A stretch of DNA of 64,000 nt from Octopus bimaculoides (lineage: Eukaryota), in contig NC_068997.1 of the NCBI RefSeq assembly GCF_001194135.2, positions 51,463,068 through 51,527,067 on the forward strand, given 5' to 3'. The translations under genes and the position numbers were made by a program. Each line of letters opens with the position of its first letter. Within the stretch, counting starts at the first letter, position 1. Positions 35,680 through 50,464 of this stretch are shown here, one piece after another. Under the pieces are notes generated by a model. That model was not told the DNA's origin, ran no database searches, and saw only the letters and a list, made by a program, of their open reading frames with translations.

Positions 35680-36057
35680 GAAGTTATTTTCTCCGACGAG
35701 TTATCCTTTACTTTATTTCCGACCATCGGCTGAGTATACGTATGGAGACAGCCAAAAGAAGCATTTGACCCAGACTGCCTTCTTCCAACTGTTAAACATG
35801 GAGGAGGATCCGTGATGATCGGGGTGGTGGTGGTGGTGCTAGATCTTGGAAATCCACTGGCCTAACGGTTTCCCTTCATGGCAGAATTAATCGTCAAGAC
35901 TATTTAAGCATCTTGTCTAATCAAATTCATCCTATGTTTGCGGAACTGTTTCCGAAGGGAAACACAATCTTTCAGGATGATAATGCACCAATTCACACAG
36001 CTAAAGTTATTACTCAATGGCACGCGGAACATTTTAGTGAAGTTGAACATCTTATGC
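35680..36057 (+). mobile_element. Tc1-family (DD34E-type) transposase catalytic fragment
   Basis: VIFSDELSFTLFPTIG*VYVWRQPKEAFDPDCLLPTVKHGGGSVMI / GA.SWKSTG...LHGRIN...YLSILSNQIHPM...FPKGNTIFQDDNAPIHTAKVI; one stop and one frameshift. Confidence 0.93.
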
Positions 36058-36751
36058 ATATATATCTATCTATATATATTTATATGTATATATATTTTGA
36101 GAATGTATCACGTTAACTCGGTATATCAACCTGTAAAACGGCTGGGATATCTTGTTTTTTAGTGTAATTTTGCTACCCATGGTAACTATTAACGTATTCA
36201 AATTATCGAAAGTTTCAATAACTGAGATAATATTAATACACATAAAATAATATACAATATATATATNNNNNNNNNNNNNNNNNNNNNNNNNNNNNNNNNN
36301 NNNNNNNNNNNNNNNNNNNNNNNNNNNNNNNNNNNNNNNNNNNNNNNNNNNNNNNNNNNNNNNNNNNNNNNNNNNNNNNNNNNNNNNNNNNNNNNNNNNN
36401 NNNNNNNNNNNNNNNNNNNNNNNNNNNNNNNNNNNNNNNNNNNNNNNNNNNNNNNNNNNNNNNNNNNNNNNNNNNNNNNNNNNNNNNNNNNNNNNNNNNN
36501 NNNNNNNNNNNNNNNNNNNNNNNNNNNNNNNNNNNNNNNNNNNNNNNNNNNNNNNNNNNNNNNNNNNNNNNNNNNNNNNNNNNNNNNNNNNNNNNNNNNN
36601 NNNNNNNNNNNNNNNNNNNNNNNNNNNNNNNNNNNNNNNNNNNNNNNNNNNNNNNNNNNNNNNNNNNNNNNNNNTATATATATATATATATATATTTTTA
36701 TATTCATATGTATATTTATATATACAAATATGCACACACACATACCAAGAC

Positions 36752-36809
<58 letters not shown>

Positions 36810-37253
36810 CAATATACGCACACACATGTATATATATATATGTGTGTGTATGCATACACACACCCTTCTAAATATATGCATACATATGTATACATGTGCA
36901 TATTGAAAAATAAACGTGACTATTTATTTGTGATATATGTGAATGTATTTGTAAATATATAGTCTCATAGGTGATTTTTGCCAACATTTCCCCGTCTTTC
37001 GGGTATATTTACCCGATATTATATGATCTTTTGTTTATTCATTCATTTATTTATTAAATACTCGTTTGTTTTTCCACTTTTTAAAAAAGATAAATTCCCA
37101 AACTTGTCAATAATTCGAAAAAAATTAAAAGGATACACACACACATGTATATATAAACATACATATGTATACGTATATGTATATACATACCTATATATAT
37201 ATATACACACATATATATTTATATACATGTATATATACACACACATATACATA

Positions 37254-37291
<38 letters not shown>

Positions 37292-37337
37292 GCCTTGCGA
37301 TCATAAGTCGAATGTCCTAACTATAAGCTGTAAGCCT

Positions 37338-37399
<62 letters not shown>

Positions 37400-37608
37400 G
37401 AGAGAGATACATAGGTGTGTGTGTCAGTATTTGTGTGTGTGTGTGTATGCATGTATATATGCGTGCATAAATCTTAGTAAAATATATGTATGCGCCTACG
37501 CAATGCACGTACAGAATATAGCGCTTATACACATTTACACACAAACATACATACACACACGCTCACACAAACACACGCTTTCATACATTGGTACCATTAA
37601 TACAAGAC

Positions 37609-37647
<39 letters not shown>

Positions 37648-38715
37648 CTCTTTTGTTTTTCTTTGCATGTATTTTATCCGTTTGAAAAAGAATATATTTT
37701 CTCATTTCAATGTTTTTATTTCATTTTATTATTTAACTGCTTCTGTTAATCCTCAAAAGAAAAGTTTAGAAGAAATCTGTGAATTAATATCCTGATTAAA
37801 TGATATGTATATGACTAATATTCATTCTTGTTAAATATAACCACATGTAGATCTACTCTATCAGGATATATAACACAGTAAAATATTTGACATTATACAT
37901 ACATACATACATACATACATACACACACACACACGTTTGATATGTGTAATCTATACAAGTATACAACAGTGTATACAAAGAAACGGCCACTGAATACGTT
38001 GTTTTGGGTATACATTTGTAGATTAGAAGTTAATTATACGTCCGTCCGTTACACAGAGGTTTTATGACACGTAAGCACGTGTTTATATATANNNNNNNNN
38101 NTATAAAAGCATATATATATACTTATATAAAAGCATATATTTTTATACATATACACAGCGAGGCTTCTGTTTATATATATATGTATGTGTATATATATGT
38201 GTTTATACACACATGTACATATATGTATGTATGTATGTTTATATGCGGGTACGTATCTGTGTATGTATGTACAAGAGTAGGAATTCAAAAATTCAAACAG
38301 AGTTCACAGCAAGCTTCCGGTTGGGTGCATGACCATCGAGAAGACCGTGGCTAAGGCTAGCATGTAACCTCACCGTCGTTTTGAAAAACAGGAATCGCAA
38401 CGGTGGTGAGAACATATATAAAAGTGATCAGAAAAAGGATGTGAAATGAGGGAATCTATGTTTATTCCATTAGCTGACAGCTTTTTCATAATTTGTGTTA
38501 GTTAAGTGAGAGACGCTTCCGCATCCATCACATATGTATGAATGAATATAAATATAGAATGTATATTTACACCCATAAATATAATCGTGCTGTAACATAA
38601 CGAATAGACTACACTTCAGATCATTTCATGGCAGTTTGATATTTGCCAAAATTGATGGGATTAATCTTGCATGAAATTTATTACTGGAGCATATTACATC
38701 AGCACGTGCAACACC

Positions 38716-38751
<36 letters not shown>

Positions 38752-39450
38752 CACAGGCATGCATATGCAAGCACACGAACACACACACATATACATACAT
38801 ATACACGATATATATACAGTCTCATCCAAACAATACATTTACTTGATGTTGATACATATTAAAATTTATGGTAGTGTATGATGAAAGTGGGTTATTTAAG
38901 AATAAAAGTAGTAATAATGGAGAATGTCAGAAAAAAAATCTTCGTCTTACTGAATTACTGAAATTAATATTCTTTTCTTACATTTTTAAAAACTTTTTGT
39001 GGCGTAATGAAATTATTCAAGAATCGAGAAAGTACATGTTTCGGAATTTTTCCTGTCAGTTATATGCCATTATGCCTTGTAATATATATACATTGGGTTG
39101 ATATGGTTTTTTGTAACAAGGAGCAGACAGATATCCATTCATAAATTTTTTTTCTGAATACTTTCAAAAATATAATCGTATTTTCTTTTAGTTTTCGTAA
39201 TGAATTACCAATTTTAACCCTCTGCCTGTGCCGTGTATCAAATGTGACTCACAGGTCACATATCGCTGCCCTCCATGCATCATATATGGTAAGCATTTCT
39301 AGTTTGTTGCCCACCACCAGAGTAACGTGGGACTCATGAAAGGAAGTTTTTATATTACTCAGAACGGATGAAAAAAGGCCCACCAAAAACTCTGAACACA
39401 AGCATGGACGTTTATGAAAAACTTACGAAAAACGATAGTAAAAATGATAG

Positions 39451-39669
39451 TAATCCTTTCTACGATAGGCACAAGGCCTGGAATTCGTGGGGAGTGGGAT
39501 AGTCGATCACATCGACCCCAGTACTTGACTGGTACTTAATTTATCGACCCTGAGAGGATGAAAGGCAAAGTAGACCTCGGCGGGATTTGAACTTAGAACG
39601 TAAAGACGTAAGAAATACCGCTAAGCATTTTTGCTCGACGTACTAACGATTCTGCCAGCTCGCAGCTTT
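39451..39669 (-). mobile_element. SINE family A, full length
   Basis: taatcctttctacgataggcacaaggcc..gattctgccagctcgcagcttt. Confidence 0.92.
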
Positions 39670-40440
39670 AATGTAGTCCCATTAATTGGTGTCATAAAAC
39701 TGGCTGTAATCGGGGATCGAAACCTCGCCGTAGACAATAGGGTCTGAAATATCAACATAAATTCCGATAAGATCATCAGCATCAAAAAGTCATTTTGAAA
39801 AAGAAAGAATAAAAATAAAATACTCCAATAGATCATAGATCTTTACCTTATATTATGATCTATGATATGACTAGTATTTGATTCTTAATGATTTAAAGAA
39901 AGTTTTGCGACTTTGTTTCCTTTTTTTATTTGGTATTGTTTTTTTTTTGTGTGCCCTGGCAATTGCAAGTGTTTTACCCCACACCGTTCCAGACCCTTCC
40001 CAATAGTTCATGGTTAACATATGACCAACACCCAACTTTTCTTTTCTTTTTTTTTTTTACCACACCCATTCCCAAAATTTGAAACAACAAACCATCTTAA
40101 ATTTAGTGCAGCACAATTGAATAGAGAATCTACTTGAAAAAAAATGTCGGTTTGACCTGTTTAGCAGAGAATGTCTGCTGTGATTCCTAACCAGGATGAC
40201 AGCAGGGGTTTGAAACAGAAATCACAGGAAGAAAGAAAAAAAGAAAGGAACAACGAAAAAGGAAAGAAAAGACGAAAGAAAGAAAGGAATAAAGGTAGTA
40301 AGCAAAATGGAATAAGAATATTTTGGTCATTATCAGTTCCATTCCTTTCTCTTGACGTAAAAGAAGATAGATATAACGGTTAAGCTATTGCTGTAATTTA
40401 TATGCTACCCATGGTTTTGTTGTCTAACATTGTCCCGCTG

Positions 40441-40492
<52 letters not shown>

Positions 40493-40535
40493 CTATCTAT
40501 CTATATCTATCTATCTACTTTTCTCTCTATCTATC
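40441..40535. repeat. (TATC)n microsatellite
   Basis: Long ATCT run; another at 41480-41528. Confidence 0.95.
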
Positions 40536-41479
40536 TATGCACAAAATTCTTTGTGAAATACAAACAATTCTTGTGTTGTCTTTGTTACAGAGTACAGTTA
40601 ACTTGGCTGGCTGTGTTTAATGATATGTAACCGGTACGACAAAGCCCCAAATACATTTCCCACGTCATTTTTACTTTCCACCCCCTCCACTGCTTACTAA
40701 TCACCCGACTGTTTTCGGTGCAGACGTTCATAACACTGTTTTGTTATGGTGCAATGCTGGTTCTTTCGCTATTTTTCTTTTCGCCAATGCTATTCTTATT
40801 ATTACAAGACCCATCTCTGTGACTGTTAATGTCATTGTTGGTGCTGCTGTTTTAGCTGTTATTAATACGCGTTTATTGGCACCCATGAAGCGACAGCAAA
40901 TTCTCGGTGAACCAATCCATTAATTCTTGAAATGAATCGCTTCATTAAAGCTGGTAACACCCATGGGGAAAGGCATGAAAGTCGTAAAATCTATTATTAA
41001 CATTCTTCCAAATCTAAATTTTCGTACAAATTTAACGAAAATAAACCATTGTTGTTGATGTTGCTGCATAATACCCGAAATAATTATGTTTTTCCTTTAA
41101 TGTATCTAAGTCTAAGATTCTCCACCCGGATACACACTCGTACGCATTTACGCATACACTTACGTGTGAATTTACTTATACACATACACACATAAGTGCA
41201 AGTAACCATACACTCACGCATATACAGAATTACATAAATTTATAGAAACACACACAAACATAATTCGATATACATAAACATATACATAAATATAGACGAT
41301 ACTTACATAAACACCAACACACAGATAGGCACGCGCGCCTAATGGCACCACTTTAAGCTTTTACACATAATATACCTTTGTCATCTTATTTCGACTACAT
41401 TTTACTCTCACTAATTATTTCACTACACTAGTTTTCATAGTTTATCTCCGACATATCTTTCCTATGTACGTGTGCAAAC

Positions 41480-41529
<50 letters not shown>

Positions 41530-41572
41530 GCACGCACCTGCAAGCACACATATGTACATAAAGACATATTGT

Positions 41573-41612
<40 letters not shown>

Positions 41613-41931
41613 GCAATTTATGTATGCATACTATTCAAACATATACATGCAGGGCTAATGTTTGNNNNNNNNNNNNNNNNNNNNNNNNNNNNNNNNNNNN
41701 NNNNNNNNNNNNNNNNNNNNNNNNNNNNNNNNNNNNNNNNNNNNNNNNNNNNNNNNNNNNNNNNNNNNNNNNNNNNNNNNNNNNNNNNNNNNNNNNNNNN
41801 NNNNNNNNNNNNNNNNNNNNNNNNNNNNNNNNNNNNNNNNNNNNNNNNNNNNNNNNNNNNNNAGAGAGAGAGAGAGAGAGATAGATAGATAGATAGATTT
41901 TCACACAGCTATTATTATTAAGATTATTATT

Positions 41932-42150
41932 AAGGCAGTGAGCTGAAAAAATCGTTAGGACGCCGGACAAAATACTTAGCGGCATTTCGTCCGTCTTTAC
42001 TTTCTGAGTTCAAATTCCGCCAAGGTTGATTTTGCCTCCCCTTCTTTCGGGGATGGTAAATTAAGTACCAGTGAAACACTGGGGTCCGTGCAATCGAATT
42101 AACACCTCCCGACAAATTTCAGGCCTTGTGCCTTTAGTAGAAAGGATTGT
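41932..42150 (+). mobile_element. SINE family A with (ATT/ATC)n tail
   Basis: aaggcagtgagctg..gagttcaaattccgcc..gtagaaaggattgttattatt. Confidence 0.92.
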
Positions 42151-43776
42151 TATTATTATTATTATCATCATTATTATTATTGTCATCATCATTGTCATCA
42201 TCATCATTTGAATTCAAATCCAGTCTTACAAAGCTTTGAATTTCATCTCTTCAGGGCTGGTAGAGTACAATCACATGAGTTTATGTAAAATTCCCTGCTC
42301 TCCCCTTTCACACATGAAATTTCTGATCTCGCTCCTCCGTCAGAAATAAACATTTTTCTTTATATTTTATGTAAGAAATGATTATTTGTTATTTATAATA
42401 TTAACATATCAATTTTTTTTCTCCAATTTTCATTGAATACATCTGACCCAAATGACATATTTCTTTTTCTTTTCATATAAATTTTCCGCCATTACGTATC
42501 AGCAGATAAAAAAATGAAACACGCCGTTTTTAGTACCTCAGCAAAGACAGTTTTCAAGCGCTCAGCCTGGGAACATTGAATCTTAACGTTTTTCTGACTT
42601 TAATTACATAGGATTAAAGAAATAATTAGGTTAAACGATATTTGTCCTTGAAATGCAATTAATTTACATAATAAAAAACGTGAAATTCAATACTTTAATC
42701 TTCGTTGGCACTTATAATAGCAGAGTAGACTATACCGCGATGACTCTGGGGATTTTTCTGGAATTTAAAAAATGGATGGGAACACATGACTGTATATTCT
42801 GTCACTTATGTATAAATATGTACATACGTATGTATATATTTATGCAAGTATGTGTATGTATAAATATATATCAGTACATTTACACACACATATATTGGTG
42901 TGTATGTATGTATATATATATATATATATATGCATATAGATACACACTCGTTGCATGATTAAGTTCCATATATACATGCACACACCTATACACAAGCACA
43001 CATACACACACGTGTGTGTGTGTATAAGTATATGTATATATGCATGTATATACACACGCACATTTAAATTAATGAATATATTGTACACAAATGTATATAC
43101 ACATGTATATATATGTGTGTAGGTGCGTATATTGATATATATATATATATACACACATATATACATATATAAATGTATATATACATATATACACATATAT
43201 ACATACATATATATATACATATATACATACATATATGTATATGTATATATATGTACGTACGCGTGTATATATCTAGTTTGTAATTCAGTCATGCAATATA
43301 TACAACGATGCATTGGTACGTGAAAGTTAATCTCATGACAGGACTCAACATGTGGAGTCCAGTGATGGAAGTTAGTTTTAAAAACAAGGGCTATGTAAAT
43401 ATTAGGGAATCTGAAGTTGAGAATGATGGCGGGTGAGAGAAGCCATAAGCTTCCTCTGTGACATAAAAACTAGGAAACCACTTTCCCTTGCGCACTCTCT
43501 CAATTTCTACCACTGCTTGAGAACATATGTGTACAGTTAAACACCTAGATACACTTGAGACAATAATATAATTTATATGTACAGCTATTAAAATAATGTT
43601 GCTCAGGAGACTTTGGACTCGATATCTAAAGGTTTCATGTGTTACACATATAATCATCAGTAAAGAAAAATGTTTTTTAATCATGCCGCCGTAATACTAT
43701 CGTCTAATATGTTTTTTGCCAAAATATGTGAAAGCAAAAGACTAAACAGAACGACGGAAAATAAGTGTCCTATATA

Positions 43777-44037
43777 CAGCGTGTTCAAAAAGTCCCTCCG
43801 TAGTAAACATTTTATTGCAAAGTAATTAAATTGATGGTATAAGACTACAAAATAATATATTAGACTTTACAAGTTTTTTAAAAAAACTTTATAAGAGGTG
43901 CTGAATGTGTAGTCCTTCATTTTCAATACACAAATTGACTCTTCTACACATGTTTTGAAATACATTTTGGAGTGTTTGACTCTTGCAAAGTCGGAACGAA
44001 AAAATATTCACTGCGGAGAAACTTTTTGAACACCCTC
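43777..44037 (-). mobile_element. Tc1/mariner deletion derivative (MITE) with TA target
   Basis: TIRs cagcgtgttcaaaaagtccctccgtagt / actgcggagaaactttttgaacaccctc, TA flanks; minus frame SQTLQNVFQNMCRRVNLCIENEGLHIQHLL* (stop 43889-43891) is a typical transposase C-terminus. Confidence 0.85.
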
Positions 44038-44058
44038 TATGTGCTTCAAATATATCTC

Positions 44059-44245
44059 AAGGCAACCTGGCTGAATCTTTAGCATGTTTGAGATAACGTT
44101 TAGCGGCATTACGTCTGACTTTGAGTTCAAGTCCCGCCGAGGTCAAATTTGCTTTTCATCTTTGCAGGTCGATAAAATAAAGCATGACCCAAATACTGGG
44201 GTCGATGTTATCAACTTGTACCCTGCCCTTAAAATTTCTGACTTT
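44059..44245 (+). mobile_element. SINE family A, diverged
   Basis: gagttcaagtcccgccgaggtc..gtcgataaaataa..ctggggtcgatg. Confidence 0.8.
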
Positions 44246-45601
44246 GACATCTGTAACGGACCGGCGTCTCATTCAAGGGTTAATTGGTAATTTAGTCAAT
44301 TATACGGCATGGAAACAGGGAAATCAGGTAATCGGGAAACTGGCCATCAAACCGACCTCTCTACTTATTTTCTTTAACTAACTTACTTGTTCTACGAATT
44401 GCTTTTTACCGAACCGTACATATATATATATATGTATGTATGTATGTATATACAAACACACGCGCACATATATTCTGTTTCAACAGCATATGCTAGATAT
44501 CAGGGAAAAATGAAAGATAATACCAATAAAACAATAAAATTAAACCACACATATATCTACATATATGCGTGTGCACAGACAGACAGATAGACACACACAC
44601 ACACACATATATATACACACACGTATATATGTACACACGCATACACGTACAAATCTTTGAGCAAATTATATCCTTAGGGATAAAGTGTGTTTGACAACTT
44701 TCCCACGAAATTTACACTCTCAAAGATGGTTCCAAGAATTTCCTCGCTAATTCGGCTGGTGTATTTACGTAGTAAACAATTCCAGTGTAAATTGATTACA
44801 CCTAAATGATGTTTTTAATATGTCAAAATACATACATGCATACATATATATATACATACACACGTATCTATCTATCTATCCATCTATCTATCTATCTACT
44901 CGATATGCATTAATATTATATATATATATATATATATACATACATACATAGACATTTATATATATATATATGTATATATATACGTATGCATGTATACTCA
45001 CACACACAAACATGCATACAGAATTACAGACCCTAAACACAAATAACGAATGAAAATGAAGTGAACAAGAGCCTTTATTATATCAATCTGCAATTGTTTC
45101 ATCGTATTTGCTTTCATGAATATCACCACATAACAATATATGCAACTATTGATTCATGCATAAATTTATTTGCTGCAGATACTTGAATTATCGATATTAT
45201 GTATCGATATCGAGTTGAGTGCGTTTACACGCTCATATTTACATATTAAAAACGAAAGAAAACGAAACAAATCCTGGTTTGAATTGGCTAGCCAACTTGA
45301 AGGATAAAAATTTAAAAAATATAGAAGGAAATAAAATTCAGAGAAGAGGAAGGTAATTTCCGGCTTTAAGAAACTCTTTAACGTCGGAGAATAGTTTTAT
45401 GACTTTATTAAACGTAACAACGCTAACTTCATTTATCGATGTTTATTATATATGTATTATACGAACAAAAAGGGATTTTGAAGTTTCTGCTTATCGAAGC
45501 ACTAGATTTATTTGCGGATTTATATGCTTTGAAGTTTGAGATAAGCCCTCCCCGTAAAGAAAATACCTGGTTTACATATCGCAAATAAACTGCTATGAAT
45601 A

Positions 45602-45640
<39 letters not shown>

Positions 45641-46090
45641 CAGGTCTGGTAGTCCTGGCAGCGGTGAAGGTCTCCCGCTAGCGTGTAATAAGGCAACATC
45701 GACTTTCAGGTAGTAATATATTTTAGCTTTTGGTATTAAGACTGCTTCTATCTGTTTAATTACTTTTTAATAAGCCAACTGGTTTTTAGCGACATCAGTG
45801 CCTTGTGATTGCATGTATCTCGCTAGCAGGACAGTTACAGCTAATTCCAGCTGTCACTTATATACCATTGACAAAGCCAAAGAAGGCCGAAATCAAAACA
45901 ACTGGTAGTCACGGCAGATGATTGTCTTCCACTAAGTATATAAACATGAGTGCTCATATGCACTACAAAAATCAAGAGAGTGTATCTCGTGGTAAATGTC
46001 ACAGTATTATACGTTCTAACACACCATCCACTTTTAAGTAGGGACAAATATTACCCTTTGATATTAATACTGCTTCCGTCGCTTTTATTG

Positions 46091-46188
46091 CTTATGGTTC
46101 TGGGTTGAGTCCCACTACATGGCATCTTGGGTAAGTGCCTTCTAAAATAGCCTCAGGGCGACCAAAGCCTTCTGAATAGATTTGGTAG

Positions 46189-46189
<1 letters not shown>
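46091..46189 (+). mobile_element. SINE family B, 5' part running into (TA)n and gap
   Basis: ggttctgggttgagtcccact..cttgggtaagtgccttct..gaccaaagcct..gatttggtag. Confidence 0.8.
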
Positions 46190-46221
<32 letters not shown>

Positions 46222-46623
46222 NNNNNNNNNNNNNNNNNNNNNNNNNNNNNNNNNNNNNNNNNNNNNNNNNNNNNNNNNNNNNNNNNNNNNNNNNNNNNNN
46301 NNNNNNNNNNNNNNNNNNNNNNNNNNNNNNNNNNNNNNNNNNNNNNNNNNNNNNNNNNNNNNNNNNNNNNNNNNNNNNNNNNNNNNNNNNNNNNNNNNNN
46401 NNNNNNNNNNNNNNNNNNNNNNNNNNNNNNNNNNNNNNNNNNNNNNNNNNNNNNNNNNNNNNNNNNNNNNNNNNNNNNNNNNNNNNNNNNNNNNNNNNNN
46501 NNNNNNNNNNNNNNNNNNNNNNNNNNNNNNNNNNNNNNNNNNNNNNNNNNNNNNNNNNNNNNNNNNNNNNNNNNNNNNNNNNNNNNNNNNNNNNNNNNNN
46601 NNNNNNNNNNNNNNNNNNNNNNN

Positions 46624-46657
<34 letters not shown>

Positions 46658-47276
46658 TAATCCCGAGCATGATTTTAAATTGGATCCGATAGTTATTTTT
46701 ATGGCCCCAAAATGTTTTAATTATCTGTGTAATGAAATATATTTAAAGAACGAACATTATAAAAATTAAATAAATGAAATAAGAAATTTTAAAAGAATAC
46801 AAAAATAAATATCAAAATCAAAAACTGAAAAGAATCTTGCCTTTTCGTTACCTTCTGATTCGACATGGGCGATTCAGCTCAAGTTTTCATTGAAAGTAAT
46901 AAAACTCACCATACCACGCCATTAACGTTAGATCAAAGACCACCACCGTGTCTAACTTACAAACACTTAAGATTGTACTATAAGGACATTTTTCAGTACT
47001 CATGTGTTGTATGGCAGCTGGCTTTCCTTTAACTTTTATCGTATACTTGTTTACGTCATTCGACTACGGCCATACTGGGGCTCATGCTGTGACGAGTCAA
47101 ATACCCGTTACCTATTTACTACTATCGCTGAAACTTATACATTCTGTAAGGCTGCCTTTGCTATTCCGCTATCCAGGGTCCATAATTTAAATAATTCTAC
47201 ATATCGTCTGAAAAATCAATGGATTTCCTATTTCCTAACACAATGAATTAAGAAGTCAATATATATACATACATAC

Positions 47277-47326
<50 letters not shown>

Positions 47327-47634
47327 CCTTGCTTTCTTTTCTTTTCTGCTTTGCCTCTATAATCTATCAGTTTTTTCCATTTCCATAACATTGATTCTTC
47401 TTCGTCTGTTTTTTTTATAAACGGAAATATTTCTGAAATAAATACATATGTAAACAGTTTTCTTTTTCACAATGTATATCAAAATGCTTAGAAAACGTAT
47501 TGTCTCGATAAATCTAAAGTTATCTCAAAGCCTTAGCTTTAGAGATTGCTTACGATGCAAACACATTTTGCTTTATCTAAATCATACATATTCCTGTTAT
47601 TGTATAAATAAATTTAAATTTTAGTTGTGTGTAT

Positions 47635-48119
47635 TGTAGGGTTAGTGTTCCGCTTCCGGAAGTATACCCGAGAAAACACTGCGACGTTGTTTTGGCTTTT
47701 ATTCTGCCTATGCTACTGAGAAAGACAAAATCGCCATATCTTCAATTTTAACAATAATAAGCAACTAATAAGCCAACAGTTCTGATAAGTTTTACTTCAT
47801 AGTCAAGACAAGGCAGTACTCATGATCCTTGTAAAGTGCTCTGAAGGTGGAGGCTAGGTAGATGCTCTGAATCTCGAAACCTGATCCAAGTGTTTGCTAG
47901 AAAGTGGAGTTAACAAAAGGCACACATTTCGTAAACTGGACAGTTGTTTTCGATTCTGGATCGAAGCCTATCCTTGTCATTGTTAGTTCTTTGTGTTTCG
48001 TAGAAAAATTAATATCACATCAAGCAACTTATTGTCTTCCTTAAAGGGAAGGACATGTCTTTGCTCAATGTTTAGCTTTTCCTTGTAAGGTATAAGCTGT
48101 TGGAGACTAAAATCTAACA
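47635..48119 (-). mobile_element. Possible solo LTR
   Basis: Plus strand begins tgtaggg and may end ctaaca; AATAAA on minus about 65 bp from that end; no TSD found. Confidence 0.2.
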
Positions 48120-48149
48120 TACGGTTTCGATTCTTAGCTAGAATCATGC

Positions 48150-48330
48150 GTCATTTAATGGTTAGTAGCTAGTGTGTTATCTCACGGTCACAAAGTAGTT
48201 TCGAGTCCTAGACTGAACAGTGCGTAGTATTTTTGAGAAAAAACGCTTCATTTTACATTGCTCCAGTCCATTTAACACTGAACTATTTGGGAAGGTAACC
48301 TTGCGAGGGACCGGTGTTCCATCCAGAGGA
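48150..48330 (+). mobile_element. SINE family C, degenerate
   Basis: ggttagtagc..gtttcgagtcc..ttttgagaaaaaacgcttcatttt..gctccagtcca. Confidence 0.55.
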
Positions 48331-48419
48331 TAGTGCTATAATTTCAGTAACTTATACTCAAGAGAAACCAGATTAAAGTACCTGCCTCAGGTGCTCATAA
48401 CAGCCCTACACCTAAACTT

Positions 48420-48480
48420 AGGGAGAGAGAGGGGAGAAGCTTAGGGAGAGAGAGAGAGAGAGGGTTAGAGAGAAAGGTAT

Positions 48481-48526
<46 letters not shown>

Positions 48527-48973
48527 GGGGGATACAGAGAATGTGAATGAGAGACTGAAGAGGGGGCGTTGTGGAGGTGTTGCAAAAGTGTGAAAGGAAT
48601 TGGTTACATAATCCAATGCCTTTGCGAAATGAATGAAACCACAACATCTCATCATTTGTTAAGACATGGTATTTTACGTCAAGAACTTGAATTTAGATGT
48701 AGCCTTCTTTCATGAAGGCTACAATAAAAAAAAGGCGACAAAATATTGGTTGGAATCTTTCCCAGGGCCCATAGAAACGTTCCCACGACACGCTAAGAAA
48801 GGGCAAGAAATCTGTAAGTAAAATGGTAAGTCAGTGACAAGTCAAAGAATTGGTTCAATGGTCTGCTGCTAAATAAATCAGTTTTATCGCTTCTAACGAT
48901 TAAAATGGCAATAAATAAATAACTATATAAATAAATAAGTAAATATGTAAATGTCGCACGGGAGAGGGAGATA

Positions 48974-49021
<48 letters not shown>

Positions 49022-50130
49022 CATAGACAGAACGAGGGGGAAAGACATAGAACGAGAGAGTGAAGTGGGAGCGTGGGAGAGAGGACAGAGTTTAAGAGAA
49101 AGAAAGGCATATGCAAAACAAGGGAGGGAGAGAAGGGAATGTGAGAGAGTAAAGAGGAGCGGTGAGAGACAGTCTGAGAGAGACATGGACGAGACAAGAA
49201 AGGGGGAGACACAAAATGTGAGAGAAACAAGAGGGGGAGAAGGGGAAGAGAGAGAGAGAGTGTGTGTGTGAAAGGTATAAACAGAAAGAGAGAGGGGGAG
49301 AGAAGGTAAGAGAATGAGGGGGTGTGGTGGGGGCGAGGGAGGAGAGGTAAAGAAGCATAATTAAATGTTGAAAAGTGTGAAGGGAATTGGTTGGAAGAAG
49401 AAAGAGAAAATAAGGGGGGGGAGGGACATAAGGGGGTTAAAGTAATAGGGAGGGGTGAGTGGAAAGAAAAGGGTGGGAGGGGAAGTGGGAGCGATTGTGG
49501 GAGGAAAGGTGGGGGAAGTGGGGTGAAGAAGAGGGGCTGGCAGGAATGAAGGAGAAATTAAAATGAAGGAGAATCAGTGAGAAGGAAAATAAATGAATAA
49601 ATAAAATCAGGGAAATAAATATATGAATGAAGGAAAAACAAAGAGAAAGAGAAGTGAAAGGTGAAGAAATACGCAGATATAGAGAAAGATTAGAATGGAA
49701 AACGTGGTGAAAGAAAAGAAGGATGAAAGAGAGAAAGAAGGAAAGAGAGGGAAGAAGGGAAAAGGATAAAGAAAAGGATGGAAGTTTGGAGATAGAGGAG
49801 AGTGGGTGGGGGAGGAGAGGAAGATACGTAAGAAAGCTGAAATGAGCAGGAAGAGACAATAATAAAAATAGTTACAGAAGAAGTAAAGGTGAAGAAAAAA
49901 GAAGAAAGAAAAAAAACACGAAAGGAAGGGTTAGAAATAAAAGAAACATGAAGGAGAAACATGGCGTATAAAATAGATAACGATAGCGGTGGATGTGGGG
50001 AAATAGCGAAAAAAAAAAGAAAAAAAATCGAGGGAGAGAGAAAGACTTGGGGTGGAGAAATGGCTAAATGGTATATGTGAAAGTAAGAACTGAGAACGAA
50101 ATAGGGAAGAAGAAGAAGATTTAGAAAGAG
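48420..50130 (+). repeat. Polypurine (GA-rich) low-complexity tract
   Basis: (GA)n runs and about 1.2 kb of mostly A/G on the plus strand (48960-50130). Confidence 0.9.
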
Positions 50131-50464
50131 GTTGAGTGTGAAAGTGGATGGAATCTGAAAAATACCGGAAGTTATACCATCTGCATGTCGTCCAGTAAAG
50201 TATTTACAAGACACTATTTACAATGGGAGCAGCGAAGTCTTTTAACAGTGATCTCACTACGTTGTTTCTATCAGGGGATAGTTTCTCTCTCTCTCCCCCC
50301 TTCTCTCTCTCTCTCTCTGTCTTACAAATGTTACAACAACAAATATGTCTTACAAAATCTTACAACTAAGATAAGAAAAAAGGTTTAGCAGCAGCAATAA
50401 CAACAATGTTACCAACGAACATCGCTTCTAGCGGGAGCAGACAGACATTATGTAGTAATGATAA

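Noticed and set aside
44470-44510. Minus-strand CTGATA..AGC(ATAT)GCT..GAAAC as another hammerhead
   Set aside because: Core spacing is wrong and there is no NUH or stem I; could be chance.
47653-47662. Palindromic ETS site CTTCCGGAAG as a promoter
   Set aside because: An isolated motif inside a probable repeat, with no other promoter evidence.
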